Part shown: positions 36,358 to 42,115 of the stretch, piece after piece
How the letters are laid out: each line of letters begins with the position of its first letter
Position numbering within the stretch: position 1 is the first letter of the stretch
Assembly (NCBI GenBank): GCA_038831915.1
Contig: JAWBKB010000011.1
Coordinates: 8,696-50,810 of the forward strand
From: Candidatus Caldarchaeum sp.
Lineage (GTDB): Archaea; Thermoproteota; Nitrososphaeria_A; Caldarchaeales; Caldarchaeaceae
DNA length: 42,115 bases
Direction: 5' to 3'
The notes under the pieces: model-generated
Database searches by the model: none
Told to the model about the DNA's origin: nothing
The model's input: the letters and a program-made list of their open reading frames with translations, nothing else
Program-made: the position numbers and the translations under genes

Positions 36358-37737
36358 TTATTTGACTAAGACGATTCCGTCGAGCATGAAGTTTAGCCTG
36401 CCCAAGAGGAATTCGTCCGAAGGCATTTCTTTCGCGGGCTTCACCACAGTGCCTTTTGGCGGAACTTTGAGGTTGAGCTCTGGAATTTCGATGCCTTCGC
36501 CACTGCTGACCAATTCATGCTCGTAGAACGGGTCCCACGAACCAGCCATCATCTGTGCTCTTCTCTGCTCGATGAGTTTGATGATTCTGTCTGGGACGAG
36601 TGGCAGTGCTTTGGGACTGATTGCCTCGATGCCTACTTTGTTGTTGTTCTGTAGGTCGACAGCTGGTAGCTTTGTCTGGCCAGGTAGGAACGGGTTGTTT
36701 TCCGGAAGCGACATGTGCGTGTTCATGCCGAGGAAGAACAGTCTGTCTGGATGCGTTGTGCCAGCCAGGTATTCTTTGATGACGCGGTCGAACATCACCT
36801 CCCATCGTGTGTCAAACGAAACGGCCACCGTGTCGGTGCTCGACCAGCCATACATGCCGACTATGTCCGTGTCTTTACCGACGAACCAAATCTTCTTCTC
36901 TTCAGCAACTTTCAAAGGCTCGACGCTGTCCGTGTAGTGGGTGAGAACGTCCACTCCGAGGTCGAGAAGCGCTAGCGAAACTTCTCTTTCTTTCGGCGGG
37001 TCGAACCATTCTCCGACGTATTTGATGTAGAGCGTGGCGTCGGGGTTGGCGTCCTTGATGCCGAGGTAGAAAGCCGCCATTCGTCGGAAGTTTTGCACTG
37101 CAGCTGGACCAACAGCTATTCCGATTTTGTTGCTACGTGTGATGGCGCCGGCGACAAGGCCTTCCAAATACATGGCCTGATACTGCCGGTTGAAGACTCG
37201 TATGAAGTTCCGCCTTGAAGAGAGATCGCTGGCCACTATTCCAAGGAAATATACGTTGGGATACTGGTCTGCGATTCTGTGGAATCCAGGGATGCCAACC
37301 GGTTCCCAGCTTCCAAACACGATGTTAGCGTTAGCTGTTGCGATCAAGTCTCGCGCCGATGATATCGGGTCTTTGCCCTTCAGAATCACACCTTCGTCAT
37401 ACACGAAGTCAAACCATGGGTACAGCTGCTTCAGCCTTTGAGCGGCTTTAAACTGACGCCCATCCCACGTTGAGCCTTCGATATATCCCGCTAAAACGAG
37501 AGCTAAGACGACTTTCTGAGGACCTGGACCCGCAACTGTCTGCGTTACGGTTTGAGTCACGGTTGTCGGCACTGTTACAGTTGCAGCACCGACCGTTCTA
37601 GTTACTGTTGTTGCTGGAGCCGTGGAAGACCCGAGGAAATATCCGCCAACTCCCGCAACAACGCCAGCGCCGACTACTCCGGCTGCAACTTTACCAGCTA
37701 TGGAAAGCGCTTTCCTGCGAGAAATTTTCTCATTCAC
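36358..37737 (-). CDS. BMP-family ABC substrate-binding protein with a Tat signal and Thr-rich linker
   Basis: ISRRKAL twin-Arg motif, TVTVPTTVTQTVTQT linker, YLEGLVAGAITRSNKIG, AFYLGIKDANP, WFDPPKE, GVDVL. Confidence 0.9.
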   Translation of the reverse strand: MNEKISRRKALSIAGKVAAGVVGAGVVAGVGGYFLGSSTAPATTVTRTVGAATVTVPTTVTQTVTQTVAGPGPQKVVLALVLAGYIEGSTWDGRQFKAAQRLKQLYPWFDFVYDEGVILKGKDPISSARDLIATANANIVFGSWEPVGIPGFHRIADQYPNVYFLGIVASDLSSRRNFIRVFNRQYQAMYLEGLVAGAITRSNKIGIAVGPAAVQNFRRMAAFYLGIKDANPDATLYIKYVGEWFDPPKEREVSLALLDLGVDVLTHYTDSVEPLKVAEEKKIWFVGKDTDIVGMYGWSSTDTVAVSFDTRWEVMFDRVIKEYLAGTTHPDRLFFLGMNTHMSLPENNPFLPGQTKLPAVDLQNNNKVGIEAISPKALPLVPDRIIKLIEQRRAQMMAGSWDPFYEHELVSSGEGIEIPELNLKVPPKGTVVKPAKEMPSDEFLLGRLNFMLDGIVLVK

Positions 37738-37795
37738 GATGATATAATTGTTGACGGATACTTAAATTTTACCAAAGACGTGGTAAAGACAAATT

Positions 37796-40108
37796 TTATT
37801 TTGATGACATGAGTTTTTTCAGCTTCGCCGGTGTCAGCGGAGATTCGCATGGAATGACTCGTCCGTCTAACGCGTCTTGAACGGCTGAAGCGATGACCGC
37901 GGCTACGGGAATTGTTCCGCCTTCACCGACGCCCTTGACGCCGAGAGGGTTGAGAGGTGTTGGAAAAGACAAATGCTCTGTTTCTATTGTTTTCGGCATT
38001 TCAACAGCGGTCGGAATCAAGTAGTCTGCTAAACTCGCCGTAAGCGGTGTGCCCTGTTCGTCGTGAACAATTTCCTCGAGTAACGCTCCGCCGAGACCGT
38101 TGGAAAGACCTCCGATTATCTGTCCTTCGACGATTACGGGGTTGATGACCCGTCCGGAGTCGTGGACGATGAGGTATTTTAACACTGTTACCTTTCCTGT
38201 TTCGATGTCGACTTCGACTTCCGCAGCATGTGCACCCGCTCCGAAAACAGACTGTTCAGGGCTGAAGAATTTAGTGGCTTCGAGTCCGGGTTCACGTTTA
38301 ATCAATCCACGGATGGGATGAGCCTTTACAGCAAGGTCGCCTAAGCTCATGCTTTTTTCGGGAAAACCTTTGACGAAAACCTTCCCATCCTTGAATTCGA
38401 TGTCCTCTGGGTTTGCTTCGAAGACGGAGGCGGCTATTTCAGCGGCTTTTTTCCGAACTTCTTTGGCGGCAAGGTATACTGCGTTACCGGCTATTGTCGC
38501 CGACCTGCTCGCAAAGGTTCCTATTCCCCAAGCCATTTCTGCGGTGTCACCCACTACGACGTCGACTTCATGGACATCTACTCCGAGAACATCGGCGGCA
38601 ATCTGTGCAAGAGTCGTGAAATGACCTTGACCCTGTGAACCGACGCCTGTAGCCACAACCACGCGGCCAGAAGTGGTAACAGTTACCCGTGCCATTTCAT
38701 AGGGCCCAACACCGCTTCCTTCAACATAGAGCGCTAGGCCGAGCCCAACATATCTGCCCTGCTCCCGGTACTTTTTCTTTTTCTCCGGCCATGAATCATA
38801 GCCGGTTTTGCGGAGAAGTGCCTCGAATGATTCGGGGAAGTTTCCGCTGTCGTAGCGGACGGGGCCGCCGTCTTGGAATATGATTCCTGTGTCATATGGA
38901 AGTTCATGTGGCTGTATTAGGTTGCGTCTGCGTATTTCTGCCCTGTCCAGTCCAAGTTTTTGAGCGGCGATGTCCATCGTTCTCTCCATGACATACACGG
39001 CGTCGGGCCTGCCTGCTCCACGAACTGGGCTCACAACTGTTTTGTTTGTATACACGGATGCAAAGTCGATTTCCAAGGCGGGAATTTTGTACGGGCCCGG
39101 CATGGTGCCGGCGGTGATGATCGGAACCATTATTCCGTATGGTGTGTATGCACCTGTGTCGACGAGAAACCTGTCGCTGAATTTGAGAAGTTTTCCGTCT
39201 TTTGTGAACGCGGCCGACACGTAGTGAACCTGAATTCTTTCTTGGTTCGCTGAAATCATGTATTCGCGACGGTCTTCAATCCATTTCACAGGCCTTCCCA
39301 ACTTAATTGACGCGAAGGTCGTGAGAATTTCCTCCGGGTAGAAGAGCATGATTTTCGGGCCGAATCCTCCGCCAACGTCAGGAGCGATAACACGAACACG
39401 GTTTTGAGGAATCCCGAAAAGCTTCGCCAAAGTATTCCTGATGGGTATAGGGCCCTGCGTCGAATCCCAGACAGTCAAAAAACCCTGCTTCGCATCGTAA
39501 TAGGACACGATACCAAGAGTTTCAATCGAAACTCCAGCACCTCTGTTGAAAACAAACCTCTGGTTGATCACCAGGTCGGCGTTTTGTGCAGCTGACATGT
39601 CTCCAACCCTGATGACATGCCGGGCCGCTATGTTGTTCGGCACATCTTCATGAACGAGAGGTGAATCAGGTTGCACCGCTTTCTCCACATCCACCACAGC
39701 TGGAAGCGGCTCGTATTCGACATCTATCAATTCCAACGCATCTCTAGCGACGTATCTGTTTTCGGCGACTACGAAGGCTATGGGTTCGCCGACATACCTG
39801 ACCTTTTCTTTTGCAAGCGCGAAATGAGTACGCATGTATGGGATTGGATACTGTGCCAATGGAGAAACGGACGGTGGAAGCGGGCCGTTCAACGGCCCCA
39901 GGTCTTCAGCCGTGTAAACCGCATACACGTTTGGAAGACTTCGAGCCTTTGATGTGTCGATTTTTTTTATGCGGGCATGAGCGTAGTTGCTGCGTAGCAC
40001 TGCGGCGTGAAGCATTTTCGGCAGGTTAACATCGTCAACATAATTGCCCATACCGGTTAAATATTTTTTATCCTCGAGACGCGGAATAGCTGCTCCGATA
40101 ACTCCCAT
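37796..40108 (-). CDS. Xanthine dehydrogenase / CoxL-family molybdopterin-binding large subunit
   Basis: RLED...YVDD, LRSNYAHARI, DVGGGFGPK, active-site loop SPVRGAGRP, GQGHFT, GTFASRS, GQIIGG, KGVGEGG (catalytic Glu). Confidence 0.93.
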   Translation of the reverse strand: MGVIGAAIPRLEDKKYLTGMGNYVDDVNLPKMLHAAVLRSNYAHARIKKIDTSKARSLPNVYAVYTAEDLGPLNGPLPPSVSPLAQYPIPYMRTHFALAKEKVRYVGEPIAFVVAENRYVARDALELIDVEYEPLPAVVDVEKAVQPDSPLVHEDVPNNIAARHVIRVGDMSAAQNADLVINQRFVFNRGAGVSIETLGIVSYYDAKQGFLTVWDSTQGPIPIRNTLAKLFGIPQNRVRVIAPDVGGGFGPKIMLFYPEEILTTFASIKLGRPVKWIEDRREYMISANQERIQVHYVSAAFTKDGKLLKFSDRFLVDTGAYTPYGIMVPIITAGTMPGPYKIPALEIDFASVYTNKTVVSPVRGAGRPDAVYVMERTMDIAAQKLGLDRAEIRRRNLIQPHELPYDTGIIFQDGGPVRYDSGNFPESFEALLRKTGYDSWPEKKKKYREQGRYVGLGLALYVEGSGVGPYEMARVTVTTSGRVVVATGVGSQGQGHFTTLAQIAADVLGVDVHEVDVVVGDTAEMAWGIGTFASRSATIAGNAVYLAAKEVRKKAAEIAASVFEANPEDIEFKDGKVFVKGFPEKSMSLGDLAVKAHPIRGLIKREPGLEATKFFSPEQSVFGAGAHAAEVEVDIETGKVTVLKYLIVHDSGRVINPVIVEGQIIGGLSNGLGGALLEEIVHDEQGTPLTASLADYLIPTAVEMPKTIETEHLSFPTPLNPLGVKGVGEGGTIPVAAVIASAVQDALDGRVIPCESPLTPAKLKKLMSSK

Positions 40109-40170
40109 GTAAATCGTATTCGGAAGAAATTCTAATATATGTTTCGAATCTGAAATGAAAGTTGGAGTGT

Positions 40171-40911
40171 TTAGAGTTCGATTTCGATTTTGCCGGTTGG
40201 TTTAAGCGGATATGTTTTTTTGAGCATGTCTTCGGGAACCGGCCTTTCACCCATCAAACCTCGTTGAACCAGGTCAGGCTTCACGACGCTTTCCCATCTT
40301 TCCTTTGTGATGTAGAAGACACGGCCGCCGCCTAATTCATGCTGGACTTCGGGCCATGGCTTCATGCCGTGCTGCAGCCTGAACCCCATGCGGTAGCCGA
40401 ACGGGCTCTCGAAAGTCGCCCACCATTCCTTGGAGCCGACAAAGTCGAAAGCATGTTCAACCTTCGCAGCGTACAGCATGATTCCCAGCCTTTCCGCACG
40501 TTTAAAAACTATCGTGTGAAGGCTCATGCAGACGTCATCGTTGACGAAACGGTGATTAACTATTCCCATCAGCTCGCCGATGGCGTTTGTCGCGACGATT
40601 ACATATTCGTCTTTAACACGGTTTTGAATCCAGGCAAGGATTTCTGAATATGTTCTGACGGCTACGAGATGATAGAAATCTCTGTCGTAGTTGTGGTCGA
40701 TGAGCTGTTTAAGTGTCTGAAGCATGGCTGGTGCTTCGCTTTTTTCAGCGGCTCGGATGATCACGGGTTCTCCTGATTTCAGCCGATACAGTTTCGGAGT
40801 ATAGGGTTTCATGTATTTTTCATTTGGCGGGGCTCCTCGCAGAAATTCCTCAATTTCGTCTACAGCAAACTTGAATTCTTCAAAACTGATGGGAACCGCT
40901 GGTTTGACCAT
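40171..40911 (-). CDS. Conserved protein, probable GNAT-fold N-acetyltransferase
   Basis: Pattern VIIRAAE..EA, GELMGIVNHR, KRAERLG.MLY, AF..G..EWWATFES is consistent with a GNAT topology; assignment by recall only. Confidence 0.55.
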   Translation of the reverse strand: MVKPAVPISFEEFKFAVDEIEEFLRGAPPNEKYMKPYTPKLYRLKSGEPVIIRAAEKSEAPAMLQTLKQLIDHNYDRDFYHLVAVRTYSEILAWIQNRVKDEYVIVATNAIGELMGIVNHRFVNDDVCMSLHTIVFKRAERLGIMLYAAKVEHAFDFVGSKEWWATFESPFGYRMGFRLQHGMKPWPEVQHELGGGRVFYITKERWESVVKPDLVQRGLMGERPVPEDMLKKTYPLKPTGKIEIEL

Positions 40912-41034
40912 AGTTATAAAATTTGAGCCAGCAATAAATAGATTTTTTCAAACGTCCTTACGAATTCCAAAAATTATTGTCTCTAAATTATCAACAAAAG
41001 ATTGAAATTACTTAGAGCCGCATGTTGATGGGAT

Positions 41035-41883
41035 TTGTTGCAGGGTTTCGCAGGCTGTGAAGTGGAAGAAATCCTTTCACGGGAGAACAGAGCGTGGGTC
41101 GAGCACGTAGGCGAAAAAGCCGCCTACATCAAAACATCAGATAACGACTTCATCATATTTTCGAGAAAATTGTTAACCCCCTATTCCGTGGCTTTCGAGC
41201 AGCACTGGCAACACGTGAAAAAATGCATAACTCCAGGGGTTGAAATACTGTATCAACGCTCGAACCTGTATTTAGGAAACTGCGTCAACGTTCTCCTATC
41301 ACCTGCCGACGGATGTGGAAAAATCACTACCGCGACTAAAATCAAACGTGATGCTCTGAGACTAGCCTACAACGCGAGTCTGATTTTGTTTACAGATTTT
41401 CGTTTCGACGGGGTATTAAAGGATGCGGTTAACCTTGTGAGAAACGCTCCGCTTTCGAATTTGTTGCAGAGTCTTGAGAAAGTTATCGGACTTGGACCGG
41501 GTCTTACACCGGCGGGCGATGATTTTATTTCAGGCGTATTGTTGGGGCTGCGTTTCTGCGGCGTTCACGTGTCTGCTGAAAATTTGGTTCAAAAAGCGAT
41601 TCAACGTTCTCGCTGGCCGAGCTGGAAGATGATTGAACACGCCGTCCATGGATGCGGTTTTATCCCAATCTACCGATTAAGCATCTCCCTGATGAACGGG
41701 AATAATGTCGTAGAGAACTTAGTTGATTCGCTCAGGGTTGGAGCGTCAACCGGTATGGCAACCGTTTGCGGCTTCCTCGAAACCGTGAAACGTTTTCACA
41801 TCAGCTTGTCGAGAATTCGTTTCAAGTCTTCCTCGATCTCAGCGGGCGGCGACCATTCGATGTCAATCACTTCGACGCCTTGA
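41035..41883 (+). CDS. DUF2877 family protein (AllH/YlbF-like)
   Basis: IGLGPGLTPAGDDFISG and VGASTG motifs; adjacent to FdrA-like genes. Confidence 0.8.
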   Translation: MLQGFAGCEVEEILSRENRAWVEHVGEKAAYIKTSDNDFIIFSRKLLTPYSVAFEQHWQHVKKCITPGVEILYQRSNLYLGNCVNVLLSPADGCGKITTATKIKRDALRLAYNASLILFTDFRFDGVLKDAVNLVRNAPLSNLLQSLEKVIGLGPGLTPAGDDFISGVLLGLRFCGVHVSAENLVQKAIQRSRWPSWKMIEHAVHGCGFIPIYRLSISLMNGNNVVENLVDSLRVGASTGMATVCGFLETVKRFHISLSRIRFKSSSISAGGDHSMSITSTP

Positions 41884-41951
41884 CGCTTCAAGCTGTCCGA
41901 GAAAATCGATACACCCACGCAGACGACTTTTTTGATTTCTTCAAGTTTCAT
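41796..41951 (-). CDS. Small stand-alone FdrA C-terminal-domain protein (51 aa)
   Basis: Below the ORF-track cutoff: MKLEEIKKVVCVGVSIFSDSLKRQGVEVIDIEWSPPAEIEEDLKRILDKLM; GGAGGTGA RBS and ATGA overlap with the upstream gene. Confidence 0.75.
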   Translation of the reverse strand: MKLEEIKKVVCVGVSIFSDSLKRQGVEVIDIEWSPPAEIEEDLKRILDKLM

Positions 41952-42115
41952 AGTTTCACCTCCACTATTAACGAGTTTGCTAAGCCGTCTATTGCTGAAG
42001 GGTCGCCTAAAGCACAGGCCGCTGAAAAAGCAGCTGCTAAAGCGTTGGACGGCGCGGTTATCACGCCGTGTTTAGCCAAAACATGTGTTTGACCGTATTG
42101 AACATCTTTATCGGT
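41948..42115 (-). CDS. C-terminal end of an FdrA/AllF-like (succinyl-CoA ligase-like) protein; starts beyond the window
   Basis: Manual translation ...TDKDVQYGQTHVLAKHGVITAPSNALAAAFSAA...EVKL* resembles the FdrA (G)TD.DPQ...Q...L...GV....SNA.A region. Confidence 0.6.
   Translation of the reverse strand, partial: TDKDVQYGQTHVLAKHGVITAPSNALAAAFSAACALGDPSAIDGLANSLIVEVKL

Noticed and set aside
37530-37625. Repetitive ACN-GTN codon runs here and at about 31180-31270
   Set aside because: These are low-complexity Thr/Val protein linkers, not CRISPR or DNA tandem repeats.
37796-40108. Aerobic CO dehydrogenase (form I coxL)
   Set aside because: It lacks the AYxCSFR Cu-binding loop and has no adjacent coxM/coxS.
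41766-42092. 108-aa plus-strand ORF at the window end
   Set aside because: It is antisense to the FdrA-like genes, which have the RBS, the ATGA coupling and the family motifs.

Overview
Gene-dense archaeal chromosomal window. Archaeal origin is supported by TATA/BRE promoters, GGTGA/GAGGTGA ribosome-binding sites, frequent TTG/GTG starts, a nurA-herA-mre11-rad50 operon and a PAC2 chaperone; the style suggests a thermophilic TACK archaeon such as Aigarchaeota, which is inference only. Four blocks: (1) 1-4321, a glycosyltransferase / B12-radical-SAM cluster that may modify lipids or glycans. (2) 4425-16251, an apparent aromatic catabolic island: a phenylphosphate-synthase-like pair (PpsA/PpsB, CreH/CreI-like) is transcribed divergently from a ParB-HTH-cyclase fusion, an FAH hydrolase, two HAD-IIA phosphatases, a LigB/LigA extradiol dioxygenase, a minimal di-iron oxygenase (ferritin-like protein plus a ligand-less paralogue fused to a Rieske ferredoxin) and a repeat-built membrane protein; an epoxide-hydrolase-family gene converges on ppsB. 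This is the best candidate for an undescribed system: phosphorylation-gated aerobic degradation of a phenolic compound in an archaeon. (3) 16456-22972, a double-strand-break repair operon whose Rad50 lacks the CxxC zinc hook and has a hydrophobic, transmembrane-like hairpin at that position. (4) 23014-42115, nucleobase salvage/catabolism: upp, codA, two BMP-type ABC importers, an atypical amidohydrolase, a Mo-hydroxylase large subunit, a GNAT-like gene, DUF2877/AllH and a split FdrA. I saw no rRNA, tRNA, CRISPR array or transposase. All family assignments come from motif recognition, not database searches.
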